Below, one piece after another: positions 39,663 to 54,779 of a DNA stretch of 64,000 nucleotides. Numbering within the stretch: position 1 is the first letter of the stretch; each line of letters begins with the position of its first letter. This DNA is from Adineta vaga. Its lineage: Eukaryota; Animalia; Rotifera. The stretch is from contig CP075495.1 in NCBI GenBank assembly GCA_021613535.1, positions 11,160,001-11,224,000 of the forward strand, given 5' to 3'. The notes beneath the pieces were generated by a model. It searched no databases, had not been told where the DNA came from, and worked only from the letters and a program-made list of their open reading frames with translations. A program made the translations under genes and the position numbers.

Positions 39663-42600
39663 TCATCGGGAGAGAGAGAGATCAAGTACACCTTCAATTA
39701 GTGTTGCTTTCGTAGTTACAGTTTCTTCTTTATTTTCAATTGAAGTTGTTCTTTCATATGTATCTTCAAATGAAGATGAACGATTCGGACCAAGAGATAA
39801 ATCAAGTGGTTGTTGATTAGTTGGAGGTGATAATGGTGGTAACACATTAGCTTGACGTAATAGTTTTAAATCATGTTCAATAATTCGTCGATTAATACGA
39901 GTATTCGGACGATGAGACGGTAATTGAAGTGCGAGACGTTTCTTGGGTGGTGAGCTTTTTCGACGATTTTTCGAATGATTACGAGCTGCAGCTTGAGCAC
40001 GAGTTGTTATGATCGATTTACGTCCTGAACGCATTATGGAACTACTGTCACGTTCATCATCAACGTCTGCACCCTCTTCGTTTTCGTCTTCGTCTTCTTC
40101 TTCTTCTCCTTCTTCTTCACTTTCATCACTCGATGGATCATCTATAATTTATGACAAAAATTTAATTTTAAATAAAAAAGTATTAATTACTGATACCGTA
40201 CCGTATTCAATTGAATCTGTAGATCTCGTTTTTTCAAGTGGTAAGTGTTTTCTTGACGAATTTTTCGCTTTTTCGGATTGAAGTAAATAATTATGATCCA
40301 TACTGGGACATGGTGTTACAACTGTTGGTACTTTTGATGAACGAGTTTCAGAATTGGACCTATTGAAAATAAGTAAGATAATCTTACAACGAAACTATTC
40401 AACGTATCCATCTGACCTAGTGCACAACTATATCAGAATGAAAGCTAAATAAGTAAATTATTATGAATAGAGTGAAAGTGAACTCATTTAGATCCAAACT
40501 ATTTCTTTACTGAATTGAGTTCATGTGAACTGTTATATTAGATTATTTTCGAAACAGAAAGACATGTTTTAAATCTCTTCCACATCTTCCTCTGTCATAC
40601 AATGAATAAAACATTTAAATGCTGAAATCAGTCTGGTGTAATACCTGTAAAATATCTCTAGTTAATACGCAAGATCATCGAATGAGAGTGAACAAGTGTA
40701 CATAGTCTACTCAGGTACATCTGAAAGAGTAATGAATATATGAAAAGACGGTGATATGTGCTTTTTTTCCACTATGAAACTAGTTTTAGAGTTAAATTGA
40801 AGAGAATCGTTATACCCTCTATTTGGTGTTGATGTTTTGGGTTCAACATCTGAAGAACGATGATGTCGACGTTTATGTCGTTTGAGTATTTTTGATGTCC
40901 ATGGAGATGTTGATAAACGACGTTTTCCATCATTATCTATTATAGTGATATATACAAATAGAGAACAAAAATATTCTTTTTCTATTACCTTTAACAGATA
41001 GTCGTCGACCTGATGATGAAGAAGAACGAGGACGTTTACGACCTAAGAAATAAATAAAGCATACATTATATATATAGATGGATAGATATAGAGAGAGATG
41101 AGCAATCTGTCAAGACCTATGCTCTCTCACTCTTGATGAATGCTGTCGTCACCGACACCTTGAATAACGGAACTATTTTCTACAATTATTATTCGGTTTG
41201 GAAAATTTTTTTCAATGAATAATTTATAAAATCGTTTGATTTCATTCAATCTAGGATGTGTTTCATTAACTGAGATACTCTAGAAATTTTCATCTATCAA
41301 ATATGAGTAGGATTTCTCTCTCTATTGATAGTTTACGTTGTCACGCAACATTTTTAAGATGATGATTCTTATTTATATAATAGATAGCAGAAGTTTCGAC
41401 GGGTGCTTAATTTAAAATGTTACGCACATATTTGTACATTAGATATATTGTCCTATATAGCTGACAATTTGAAACCAATTGAGAGCATCTTATCTGTCAT
41501 CGAATTCAATCAAGGACAAAACAATCTAGATATTTCGATATGTATATCCATAACAGTTTTAAACTTTACCTAATGTTAAACTTCGATGACGTTTACCAAC
41601 ACTACTTGAATCTGCTTCATCACCTTCTTCACCTACGTTTTCTTCACAAAGACGTTCATAAAGTCGTGGAAGAACTAATAACAATCATAAAATTATCGAT
41701 AATAAACAATCATCCAATATGTCTATATTCACCTTTTGTTTTCACTGTTGCTTTTGGTGCAAAGTTGCTTACAATCGATTGAGTTGAACGATTGCCTTCT
41801 CTGAAAATGATAAACAAATATACATAATATTAGATAAAATGCAGAAAATTATTTTTACAATTGATCATCATGTCGATTAGTTGCAGCTTCTGATAAAGTT
41901 CTACGAAGAAAAAGAAAATGAATGAATCAATTAAAGATTATATTTCATCAATTTTAATTCTTTACTTATTTGTTGTTGCTGATTGTGCTGGTGGAATTGT
42001 TAAATAAGATTTAGTTAATAATGGTCGATAATATGGATCAATTGTCCAAAGAGAACGAGATTTTAATAAATCACGTTTTGTTTTAACGAAACATGGAATT
42101 GTAATTAATGCTTGTCTTAAAAGATTTTTCCATCCACGTTTATTGGTTATTTGTTTTGTATTTAATTGAGCATATTCATATAATTGTTTAATTGTTAATG
42201 ACCATGATAGATGTTTTTCATCACGTTTTGAATAGAGTGCAAGAAATATGAGTATACCAAATGATGTTGTCGTAATTTTCGTACTTTCATGATCATAAGA
42301 TTTTAATTCACAGATTAATTTAGCTAAACGATCTTCATCATTATTATTTGATTCCTGTTGTTGTTGCTGCTGCTGTTGTTCAGATGATAATGGAAGCTTT
42401 TCATTTGAATCTTTTTCTTTTGTTTCATTGGAATTTAAATCATCTTTGAATTCTTTCAATTTAAATGTATTTAACCATTTTAATTCAGTTAAATCATCAG
42501 ATACGGAAACTTTTTGAGTATGATTCGTTTTGACAGGTGATGAACTTGCTAATGATGCAAAACATGAACGACTTAAATACGGTTTAATTGGTGTTGAACG

Positions 42601-42816
42601 TGTGTTTGGATTTGAAATAATGAGTTTTTTTTCCTGTGGTAATTGAGTAAAACGTGCTAGAAGACTTCCATCCATAGAACTATCTTCATCATCACTAATG
42701 CTCGATGTAACACGTGTAATTTTTCCTGCTTGTGAACGTAAAAAGGAATTCACATCAGATTGAGTTGCAACAGTAAATAGACTCGCCGAGTCACATTCAT
42801 CATCTTCATTAGACAT
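39663..42816 (-). CDS. Divergent FoxN-like forkhead protein (multi-exon) with PLDLS motifs
   Basis: SFGILIFLAL...LTIKQLYEY...GWKNLLRQAL...CFVK...SLWTIDPYYRPLL parallels the FoxN2/3 forkhead domain. Downstream exons on the same strand lead to 39663..40034; their linkage into one gene is inferred. Confidence 0.65.
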
Positions 42817-43854
42817 AATTAATTTATCTAGAAAAAAATAAAAATTACTATATATCAGAATCAGATCGGATTCATTTGAAATAATGTGACCTTTCTTTCT
42901 CTCTTTCGTCCCATTTATTCATTAATCGAGGAAGAAAAGAAAAGTCATTCACTTGACGATGATGCCATTTTGTTGTGATGTGTAAGCCTATTGATAAGGT
43001 TATGTGAATTTTATCATCTAATTTGCACTTCTTTTATTTTTCAGATTTACAGTCGAAAAATAAGATTTATTATAATAGTTGATTCGAAAATAAATCAAAT
43101 CAATCAGATTTGAGTGACATCTAGAGAATCAATGATTAGAACAAATTTTGGGTATTTACGTCTAACAGACGATATCGCATATCGGATAAGTACAATGAAA
43201 AGATTCTACACTGATTCGGTGAATATTGCTACAATTCAATTCTGTATGAGAAAATTCACGTTGTTGATGGTTATTTCCGTATACAGAATCCTATATACTG
43301 TATGATGAGTTGATCAACTCTAGATAAATCAGATAGTTACAAAATGAATAGTAACATTTTAGTAAGTCTAGAACGCAACGAAATCAATATCACAATGGTT
43401 TATCAAAAGATCGATGGATACATCACAGAAGAAAAACAAACCATATTTATTACAGATTCTTTCAATGGGCTTACTACCCTGTATTTATATAATTTAATGA
43501 ATTTTGTAACAAAAAAAGAACTTTCTCTTTTCTATTTTGAATATCATCTTTTAGAATATAATTTCTTAGAACAGATTATATAGTAATTTTCATATTTTAT
43601 TTACCCCTTCTTTAGTTAGTGAATACAACATATACAAAGAAGCAAATGGAAAAAACGAAAGTAATGAATACAGAAAAAAAACTGAAAACGAACAAAACAA
43701 CATTCTGATGAGGTGTTTCTATTTTCTTTTTTTATATAGCTAACTACAATATATGATGATTATGTACACACTAAATGATTTTCGATTGTTTTCTAAGAAT
43801 CATCGGAATCATTGTTATATACGTAGATATACGTGGGTATATATTGATATTGAA

Positions 43855-44121
43855 TTATTTGCCACCACCTTGTTGTTTATAAGCAGCAATTTCTCGATCA
43901 TAGCGTTCTTTTGCTTGCCGAGCTTTTTCTTCATAATGACGTTTTTTCTCTTCACCTATTGAACGCCATCGTTCACCAATAAGTTTAGCAATATCAGCAA
44001 CTGATAATGATGGGTTATCTTTTTTTATTTTTGGTCGTTCATCTTGTGAAAACAAGAAAAATGTTGATAATGGTCGTTTAGGAGCATTTGGATCTTTTGG
44101 TGATTTACTAACACGAGGCAT
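43855..44121 (-). CDS. Single-box HMGB/Nhp6-like protein (88 aa)
   Basis: KDPNAPKRPLSTFFLFSQDERPKIK..NP......IAKLIGERW....EEKK..YEEKA...KERY. Confidence 0.93.
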   Translation of the reverse strand: MPRVSKSPKDPNAPKRPLSTFFLFSQDERPKIKKDNPSLSVADIAKLIGERWRSIGEEKKRHYEEKARQAKERYDREIAAYKQQGGGK

Positions 44122-44346
44122 TATCTAAAGAGAAATTAAAAGTTAGCAATTTAAATTCGCGCTTAACTAGATCATTATAGATTGATAAAAGTCTTATTTT
44201 AATTAAGGAAACTAATTAGTTAATTTTAAAACTAAGTAGATATATCTAGAAAATTCTTCTTCTCTTTAAAAATGTCTTCTTTAAAAAGTAGATGTCGTAA
44301 TAATCGGGTAGAAAATATGTGTATGTATATATAAATATATATATAC

Positions 44347-44381
44347 TGCTTGGTTTGCTTGCTTGCTTACTTACTTGCTTA

Positions 44382-44412
<31 letters not shown>
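44347..44412. repeat. (GCTT/ACTT)n tetranucleotide microsatellite
   Basis: gcttgcttacttacttgcttacttgcttgcttgctt... visible directly, upstream of the HMGB gene. Confidence 0.85.
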
Positions 44413-44414
<2 letters not shown>

Positions 44415-47400
44415 CTTTTGCACAGTGTGCGCGTCAGTCAGTCAGCAATAGCAGTATATGCGTTTGTGTATGTGTGTGTGCGTATAGAGCGGTAGTGGTA
44501 GTGAATAGAAAAGGAGAGAAGAAACTATGTGAAAGAGCAACAGCGAGTGTGTGTGTGTCTGCCTTTTCTTTCCTTTTGCTTAACGTTGTATATATCGTCG
44601 TCGGGCATGCAATGTCTTGTGTGAGAGCAAGCGCAAACACATAGACAGACAAGGCACATATTTTCTTTCCTTTCTGTTGCACGCTGCTGCTTACTTGCTT
44701 ACTTGCGTGTGCTTATGGTAAAAAGAGAAGCAAAAGAGAAAGAAAGAAGAAAGATAGAAAGAATAAATTCTTGCTACCCTCATTGCCTTTGCGAGTGGCA
44801 TATATATATATACATGCATGCTTATGATGACTAACGTTCATTGTTTGTAGACGAGAGTACAAGGCAAGTAGCAGCCGATTCGATTTCCTTCTTATTTCTC
44901 CCGCTGTTGCCGTTATTGCCTGCTACAGCGATTCAAATGACAACGACAATCTAGTGCAGAAATAGTAGAGAAAGAAAACGACATCAATGGCAGCAACAGC
45001 AATTGAGAGAAGAGAAGAAGGAAAAAACGACAACGTCACCGTTATTTGTCAGGCAGTGATGACATCAGAAAGTGTGCATATTTGCTTCAAAAGATTCTCC
45101 GATAAGAGAAAATGTATAGTTAAAAATCAATAATAAAAATATCGATTGTATTCATTAAATTTTCAATTTTTGTTTCAAAATAGATGTTCTTTTCTTCGAG
45201 ATAAAGCTATTTTTTTACAAGAATATCATAAAATGAAGTCAATATTGATACTCAAATTCATGCAATTCTCATCATGATGAATTTGCTCAAACGATACTAC
45301 ATGTTTACATCAGTTAATTCATAGTTACAATTGCATGAAAGTAATAGACTAAAGAAAATATGTAGCTCAGCGTGATATCGATTTGAAAACACAACGCTAC
45401 AGTAGTTAATATCATCCAAATTGGAACAGTTATCCATGTGACAAAAGATGATTGTTTTTGCATCAGATCAAACGTGAAGAAACTCAATTTTGGAGAATTG
45501 TTTTTCAAATTATTATTATATAACTGAATTGCAATCTCAAAACAACATAATCTATTGACAAGTAGATCTGATAGAGAAAAGACGTTTAAACATGAAATTG
45601 TATACTGTCAAAATCGATCTATGTGATAAACAGTTCATAAATAATCATAGTCGATGTTGTAGACGCTCTATATATACGACGAGAGTTTGATCAATCGATT
45701 TAAATCAAAATAATATCATTTGAAAAACGAGATAGATCTATTTATGTTGAATTTTAAATCCTATACGTAAGTATTTGAGTAGATTTTAAATAGAGACAAA
45801 AATGAAATTATATATATAATGAATGGTCAAAAAAAAGTGAATGAAATATTTATTTATCTGACATTTTGATCAATTTTGCTTTTTCATGATAGAATCTAAA
45901 GTTCTTTTTCCATTCACTCATACGTTTTGAATTTTGATCATTGAACAAGAATTTCGAAGAATGAAAGAAAAAGAAGAAGAAGAAAACTTGACGTTTATTT
46001 CAATGATTTTATTCTTATCTTGTAATTTGTAGTCTTTCAACCTTTTGCTTTATTAACATTTCGATCCTTGTCAAACATGAAGGTCTCATTAACTATCTGA
46101 TGATTAATATTTTCTAACCTTAATAGTAGAAATAATATATGTGTATACATTCATTTCAAATGATCAATTCAGTCCCAGTTTGAATGACGTTAACTTTTTT
46201 AATATCTAATGTTAACTAAAACTGACAATGATTAATGATGTATTTTTTTCGATCGAATCAATGAAATAAAAGAAAATGAGAAAATCTCATACATAATGTG
46301 TTTTTCTTGTCGAATAAATTCAATATCAAACGATTTGAATCTCATCAAAATGCACCTGTTCATTGCCATGATATTATATAAACACATTAATTATCACTTT
46401 TAAATTTCACATTTTCGTTTTTACCACTTCTGCAATCAAGGTTTTCCTTGTCATATCACCATTCTTCTTCATATCATATGTATAAATTTCAAAACTCATC
46501 GACGTGAAAAATTTTTCTTCACTAATGTTCTTACTTATTCTTAATATATACGAAGATGTTCACCTACATATATGTGCATGCATATATATATATATATCAT
46601 ATGATCTATATTTTTATATTGAATCATTGATATACAATCATTTGAATGCATCTATATGACGTTTAGAAGGGTTATGAGTATAGATGAAATGGGTACAATA
46701 TACAAAGATGTCTCGCCATTATCTTACATATAAGAGCATGAAATGCTTGTATATTCGTTCGATTCATTCAATAAATGTTTCAATTTAAGATATGGTCGGT
46801 ATGAAGCTGATTGCTGTACGCTTTTCTTTTTCTTCTTTCTCTGTGTCCCTCTCTTCCTTCATTGATGATAGATCATTTTCGCATTGTACATCATTCGGTT
46901 TGAACGATGATTATCGTCAAAAACGAAAGAGAAAGAGAGAAAAAACGTAGATGTTCAATCAGGCAGAACCTCGAAAAAAAGCGAAAAAGAAGAAAAGAAA
47001 TTTCGTTCAAATAAGGAAGAAGAAGAAGAAGAAGAGCGACTCACCAACGATAAACGAATGGTATGTACGATCATTAGAGATAAAAAGGACGAATTTCATA
47101 AGAACATTTTCAATTTATATATGCATTTTTTTATACATATAAAAAAAAGATTTCTTTCTCCTTCATCAATTTTTAATGGTAAAGGAAATAAAGCATTCAT
47201 TCAACTGATATAAGTGATGACATACTTGCTGTTACTTTCTCTCTCTCTCTCTCTCTTCCTCTCTCTTCCGCCCCTACTGTCCCTCTCTTAGTATCTATCA
47301 AAATGACTTTGAATAAAAATATTAGTCATCATATGGACATTTCAATATAGATACATATGAGAGAAAAAAAATAATTTTAACGAAAAGATTCATTCAATAA

Positions 47401-47935
47401 TGTCCTTGAGCATTATGTATCCGATGACAGTATGTGTATATATATTTTTCTTGCATCTTTTCTTGTCTTTTACCTTTCAATTCAGTCGTCCGGAACATGT
47501 CTTCTATTATTTTATATAGTATATATCTACCTACATAAGAACGCATCTATTTGCTCTTTGACATTATTATGTACTAATAATAAGTATACATTGTTCAACT
47601 AGTCTTTTATTTGTTCTTTTTCTCCCTTGTCAAATGGCACCTAAAGATTTTGTCAATATTGATCGGGTATGTAGAAAAAGGATTTATTCTATATGAATGT
47701 GAAGTGTTAATCTCATGTGACTTTCTCGCAGTTTTCTCTTCTTCTTTTTTTCTGTATAAAATCAATCGATTGAATTGAGAATAAACATTGAAGAAGACTA
47801 TAAGAATAGGGCGTAGAACCATAGCTAAGTAAGAAGATAAAGAAAATGACGATGATGATCGGATGAAGTCAAGATATGTTTGAATGAATGATGAAATTTT
47901 CCTTTTAGACTTATTTCAATTCTCATTTAATACAA

Positions 47936-50900
47936 ATGGATTTTGAACGTGAAGAAGATGATGAAATGAATATACCTGTATGTATGAAATCTTTTATTTG
48001 AATACAAAATCGAAATTTTTCTCCTTTTAGAATATTGAACGTGCATCGTCTATTGATTCTCTAGAACAATTTGATTTAATTTCAAGTCCAAATGAAAGCC
48101 TTCAATTGATAAGTGGATCTCACAAATGGCTGAATCGAAATGATAATCTTCGTGTTGATAAATTTATTGATAGTTATCATCCAATCGATTTTCTTATTCA
48201 TAGTTCTGATGATAATGATTCAATGTATCGTAAGGTTTTATCAATGAACGATATTGAAATAATTTTTAAAACTGATTTCGAAAACGAGGAGGAAAATGAT
48301 AGTGATGAGTCGAATCTAAGTCATATGGATGTATCTTTGAATCATTTTGATGTACAACTTCAAGTGAATCATGGTCACTTACAACCGGCTACTCGTTATG
48401 GAGTTTTCTCCTCGATTCTAAATAATAATTATTCAATTGAAAAGATTAGTTTATTTAAAACTAATCAATCTTCTCAAACAAATGAAATGGATATGGATAA
48501 TGACGAGAATCATTATGGAACTACGAATGGATATACACAACATCGAAATGATAATAATAATAATAATAATAATAATGATGACGACGAATCACATCGAAGA
48601 TATCGTCGAACGAATGGTTCGCCGAATAATCATGAAAATGGAAATGGTAATGAAAATGGAGGCAATCCAAATAGAAATAATAATAATTCAAGAAGGTATG
48701 TTTAGTTCACTTAATGAGAAGCGATTTATTTTGAAACGATATGAAGTACTAAATATCATTAATAGATGCTCTTTTGGATTTCATTTTGAGTATAGCTATT
48801 TGCCATTGATTTTACACCTATTCATTACTAATGAAATTTGTATAAAACCGTAAAATTGTTTAATTAGAACGAAAAATATACGTAATATCAATGGACGTAC
48901 TAGAAGAAAAGGAGACATTGAAACTTGTTTAGATGTTTTCGGTATTTCAGATGCAACAAAAATAGGTTTGTTTTACTTACCTATATTTTTCCTACGCCTA
49001 AATATCATAATGATTTTCTGGAAAACATTTGAAGGATGTCTAACAAAACACATTTTGCAAAACGAGAATAATTGAATTCTAATGACTAGACAGTATATCA
49101 ATTCCGTTAGTTCTTCATGCATCTAGAGAAAATTCGAAATATTGTTGACAAATATTTATGCAATTGATCATGAATTTCTATCAAGGTAGTAGAGGCAACA
49201 ACAATGATTGAATAATTTTTTTCTTTGTTATTGCATAATATTGATATGTCATTGTTATTGTGTTATTGACTTAGGATGAAAAATACTCAATTCATATTTT
49301 CGTATGAAATGAAATTGAAATAGATTTTGTTTTTTTTATCCTATTAATTATTATTTGAACAAATATGATTTATTTCTTAGATCGAACGATGAAGATAATG
49401 ATGATGATGATGATGGTAGTGATGAAAATAATGATAATGATGACAAAGATCACAGCGATGAAGGTGATACGGATGATGAAAGTGATGAAATGATTGCTCG
49501 ACGATTAGGTTTCATTCCATTAGATAATGAAACAGTTAATCTAATTGGTCGTTTACGTCATTTATCAAATAAACAATTATTTGATCGACGAGATTTTGAA
49601 GTTCTTCAATCATTAATCGATGAATTAATTCGTCTACAACATTTAGAAACCTTTTCTAAAGAACAATTAAAACGAGTAATTCATTATTTAAAATTATATC
49701 GTCCATTACAAACAAGATCTCGTGCATTAATTTTTCTTCAAGAACGTATACCACGACGTGCTGTGAAATATAATGTTATATCAGCTAAAGCCGAAAAGAA
49801 TTCAAATGTATTTAATATTTGGCGTGAACGTGAACGACGTGCTCGATTAGATTCAAAAGATAGTTTAGAAGAAGAAGGACAGAATACGAGTGGACAACTA
49901 CGTGATGTGATTGAAATTAATAATCCAACTCCACCAATTCTTCTATCAACAACTTATTCTTCTACTCCACAAGTAACATCCAAAGTTAAACAAATGGCAA
50001 AAGATATCGATACACGAACAGGAACAGCACGTTCAGAAATTAACTTACGAACAGGTGAACGATTTAGTGATCATGCATATTTAACAAGAAGTTCATCACC
50101 AACATATCCAGGACTCGTTTCAGTTGCACTCTATGATGTGAAATCAGCGAATACAAGTGAAGGTAACTTATTTAGTGGATAGAAATTTTATTCTCTTATT
50201 TCTTCTATAGTTTTATCTAACGAAAGTCTTAATGAAAATCGTTTACGTCCAAAAACATATCTGAATACATCGAGTTCTGTATCACCGACACCATCGGATC
50301 AAAGTCGTGTACGACAAATGATTGTTCGTCTTGAATCATCAACATCATCACCAAGTTCGAAAGTTGAAAGAAAAGTTTCCATTAAAAAACCATTGCATGA
50401 CGATCATTCTGATGGTTCACCAAGTTTAACATCATCACCACCGATCAAACGTATTGCAAGAAGAGAATATAATGAAAAACTATTAATTAATTCAAATGAA
50501 ACAAGCAGAAATGAAGATGGATTTGTCTATCAAATTAATGAATCTAATGATGATGTTTTTCTTGACAATCATAGTATATCGAATGGAATTAAATTTGAAT
50601 TTACAAAAGAAGATATGGCAAAAAGTTGTCAACGTACGGCAAGTGGAGCAACTGTAAGTTTTAGTTGATTTTGAATTCTATCTTATTATCAAACAATCGA
50701 ATATAAATGAATAAATCTTATATAATTTCATATATTTTTCTTAGATGGACGAATACATTACGACACTTCTACCTGGAACAGAAACATCTATCTCTATGGT
50801 TCGTGATGTTCGTGCTTGTGTTTATGAAGATAAAACTGCTCTTTCACGAACCGATATGGATAGTATTCCAATTAAAGTTGATCTAGAAACATTGTATATA

Positions 50901-53467
50901 TTGGAACAAAAATCGGACAGAAAATCTTTACCACCGATGATTAATATTCAAACAAGTGATCATGAACAAAGTCGTTCATCTTTGACTGATCGACAAGATT
51001 TTTCTGTTCAAACAACTATACCAATATCAATCATTAAACCACCACATCGTCCTATTGGTACACAAGTAGATTATCCTGTTGAACAACATACAGTTGCTGC
51101 ACAGACAACTGATTCATTACATCGACCTGTTCGAGAACGACAACGTTTATCACTAGCATCATCTTCTTCAGATGATGAAACCAAGAAGACAACAATGACG
51201 ACAACAACAACAACGGTAACAGCACGTTACGAAATTAAACGACGTCTTTCAAGTCGTCATAGTAGTGTGAATGATGAAGAAAACAGTGGTGTTACTCTTA
51301 TAGATGAAAAATCAAAAAAAGAAAATCAATATCAAGATAATTTTGAATTGAAACGTGAACAACGTCATTCAGGAAGTGATGATCATCTTCCAATTGTACC
51401 TGAACAACGACCTTCATTTGGTCAAGTCACATCACGCATACGAATCGATCAATTACGTGATATCAATCGTCATGTTGTTCGTCGTCATGTACAAGATAAT
51501 GAAACGACTGATGATGAACATCGTTCAACAGAAGTTTACGAAATTCATACACGTGGTGCGTGTAAATGTCTTGTCGTTTCCTTTGAAGAAAAAACTCAAT
51601 ATGGTGCAGAAACACGTTTTGAAAAACAACTTCATCGTATTGAACGAACATATACGAATGAAGATTTAAAAGCAACAGCATTACATGTAATTGTTTCATC
51701 GTCTGATGCTGATTATCAGTTAGTTAGACGTGATTATGGTTTAAGTAAATTAGATGATGACGACAAAGAAAATGAAAATATTTCTGATAAACCAAAACAA
51801 CCAATTATATCGATACACTACTATACAAAAGATGGAATTCGAATAAAAACTGAACATACTAGACGAATTGAACATTTACCAGTAGTTATTCGATGTGAAA
51901 TTGAATATGAATTAAATCATTATGGTACGTAATGTAAAATCAATGTCTTCCTGTTGTTTTTTGTTCTTTATATTATCGAATTCTTTTCTTTCCTATTTTT
52001 TTTCTATAGGTAGTGCTCAATTAATTATTTTATCTGTAACAAATAGTGAACGTCGTCAAATGTGTACATCACTGAAGAAAGAAATCGTGAATGAAATTGT
52101 TTTACGTTCAGGTGGTCGTCTATCAGCGAAAAGTCCTGAATTAGAACAAGAAATTACTCGACAATTTGCTGAACCAACTAATCTTTTACGTCTTGTTGAT
52201 TATTCTTCACGTGATGATTGTACGCAAACAAATTCAACTGATTTACGTAGTGTAACACGTATTGATGTTACAACATCTTTACGTCTTGTACAACGTTATC
52301 GTACAGTTGTTCATCGTCTTTGTCAATTATATCGTTCACATTTATGTTTAACACCACAAGCCGAACAACAACGTCATTTAATCTTAGTCGCTAATGATGA
52401 CGAATATTATCTTAGATTTAGCTGCTCATATAGCAGGTTTAACAGCAAATATATTGAATATTCGACAACGACAACATGATATATTCAAACGAGAAGTTAA
52501 TAATGTTGTTCATCCACCATTTGATTATGCAAAATATCGTCGTGATCTTGAACAACAACAACGTATACTTGAACAACAATTTCAACAACGACAAATCGAA
52601 CAAAAACGACAATATCAACAAACATTTAAAAAAGGTCCACCACCACCTGGACATCCGTCTGAAGCAGAATTTTATCTCGGTAAAGTCTTTAGTCGAATCA
52701 AATAATCAAACAATTCTTTCTTTTTCTTTTCTTTTTTTGTATTCTAAAATTTCAGGTTCGGAACGTCGCGCATTGATTGAACGTGAAATTCATTCTATGC
52801 GTGAATCGATTCGTCCACATGAACATGCTCCACCACGTTACAAAAATGAACCTTCACGTCGTTCATTATCTATTGGTTATACAGGTGGACAACGTTATGT
52901 TCGTGCACGTATAATTCATGTGAAAGATTTCTATGATGAAAATCAACAACGTGAACAAAAACAAAAACAACGAGATGCCAAAGAACAAGAATTATTTGTT
53001 CGCGTCGATGATTTTATCAATGAATCAGCAGCAAATTCTTTACGTCGATCATATTCAACAGATTATTTACAGGAAGATGGACCACGTTCTCGTATTCGTT
53101 ATATACGTATACCAGGAGAAACTATTCGAATTGAAGAAAAAACAACTTATGAATCCAAGGGAGTCATGTACGCAAATTTACCATATTCATTGAGATATTG
53201 GAATATACTTTATATTCTTGATCGTGAAGCTCGTCAAGGTCGTCCACTTGGTTCATCACTACCACATGTCATCGTCAATGATCCTTATCGTACCGTAATA
53301 CCACCATTAACTCAACAAGAAATTCGTCAAACTGCTCAACAAATTCTTTCATCACAATACAGTGCAAAATCATATACAGATCGAACATTACGTTGGTTTT
53401 TATCACGAGATAATCGTACTGAAATCGAATCAAATAAATACCTACAAACACTCGATCAATATCGTAC

Positions 53468-53498
<31 letters not shown>

Positions 53499-54155
53499 CG
53501 CACTGTGAGTATTCAAGGTGGTGGACAACCAGGAGCATCAAATAAATACTATGTTACGGAAACTGTTGTTCGTTACGAAAAACTGCCTGATCGTCTTGTG
53601 CCAGTGCCTGTACCATCTAATGATCGAATACAATCGAAAGAAAATCTTCATCAACAATCTCCATCAATTCCACGTATACTTCAAGCACCTAATCTTCCAT
53701 CAAAACCCTTAAAACGTTCACAATCTCAACCAAGACAAACACTTGAATCTTCAATAGCATCTCGTGCCTCTAATTTTCCATCATCACTTCCACTACCAAC
53801 GGTACCATTAGAACCACAACGAATTCAACTACCACCAATGAATATACCTTTATCTCGACATCAATCTGTGCACGAATTACATGCAACAACTGCTTTCTCA
53901 CATCCACCATCACCTACATTATCTCTTCATAGTTTACATTGTAATCAATCTCTTAACCAACAACAGCAACAGACTCGACGACCCGTTGCATTTAATAATC
54001 GATTTCCAACGCCACAAAATCGACCCCCTCAAAATCCTTTATTTACAGAAATAATTGACAGTCAAACCGGTCGTCGAATTTTAACGACCAGTCAAGAACA
54101 ACTACCGAGCGAAGTTCTCGGTCTTTTAGATAAATATAATCTACGACAATTTTAA
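47936..54155 (+). CDS. Large multi-exon uncharacterised protein (acidic/Asn-rich N-terminus, Gln/Pro-rich C-terminus)
   Basis: Chain of long + strand ORFs (48106, 49355, 50318, 50745, 51922, 52394, 52476) joined by GT-AG introns; no recognisable domain; apparent indel near 52405. Could be two genes. Confidence 0.65.
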
Positions 54156-54779
54156 TAAAGTTTTTTTTCTTTTTTTCTCTTTGCTTTTTTTGTATTTATT
54201 TCAAAATAAAACTATAACTGAACTCAATTGACTAGAGAACAAAAAATCATATGTTTTGATTGAACAAATGTTTTGAAAGAAAGTTTTGAGTAAAAAGCAT
54301 TAAAATCGATCACGCGTTGTTCTTACTATTCTTTCATTTCACCTAGCATCTCGTTTATTAGTTGTTCTATTTGTTTCAATTTTTGATTATTCTGTGAATA
54401 TATTATCCAAGAATGTTGTTTTAAAAAGAAACCAAACAAATCATTTTAATCACAGTCGACAAGGAACAATACAGATTTTTTAACATCGTAAAGACAAATA
54501 AGAAAAAAAAGTGGAAAAAGGGAGGGAGAGAGAGAGAGAGCGACGACAACGACGACGAAGAAGAAGAAAAAAAATATTGCTTTGGATAAGAAGTCATTGT
54601 TGTCATCCAAAAATATGGTATTTTATTTGTATAAGCGCATTTATATGTATGTGACGTGTTCTGAAGAAAATTTTTTTGAGAATTGAATGCCACTTGAAAC
54701 TCATCAGTTAAAAATTTGTCGACAAACATACTTCGCGACGAAAAAAAAAACAATAACGAAAACGAACTGAATTGAGTAG

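Noticed and set aside
44340-47900. ORFs at 44363/44434 and the long non-coding tract as genes, ncRNA or a repeat array
   Set aside because: The ORFs derive from microsatellites, and no structured RNA or spaced-repeat pattern was seen. Likely regulatory or UTR sequence.
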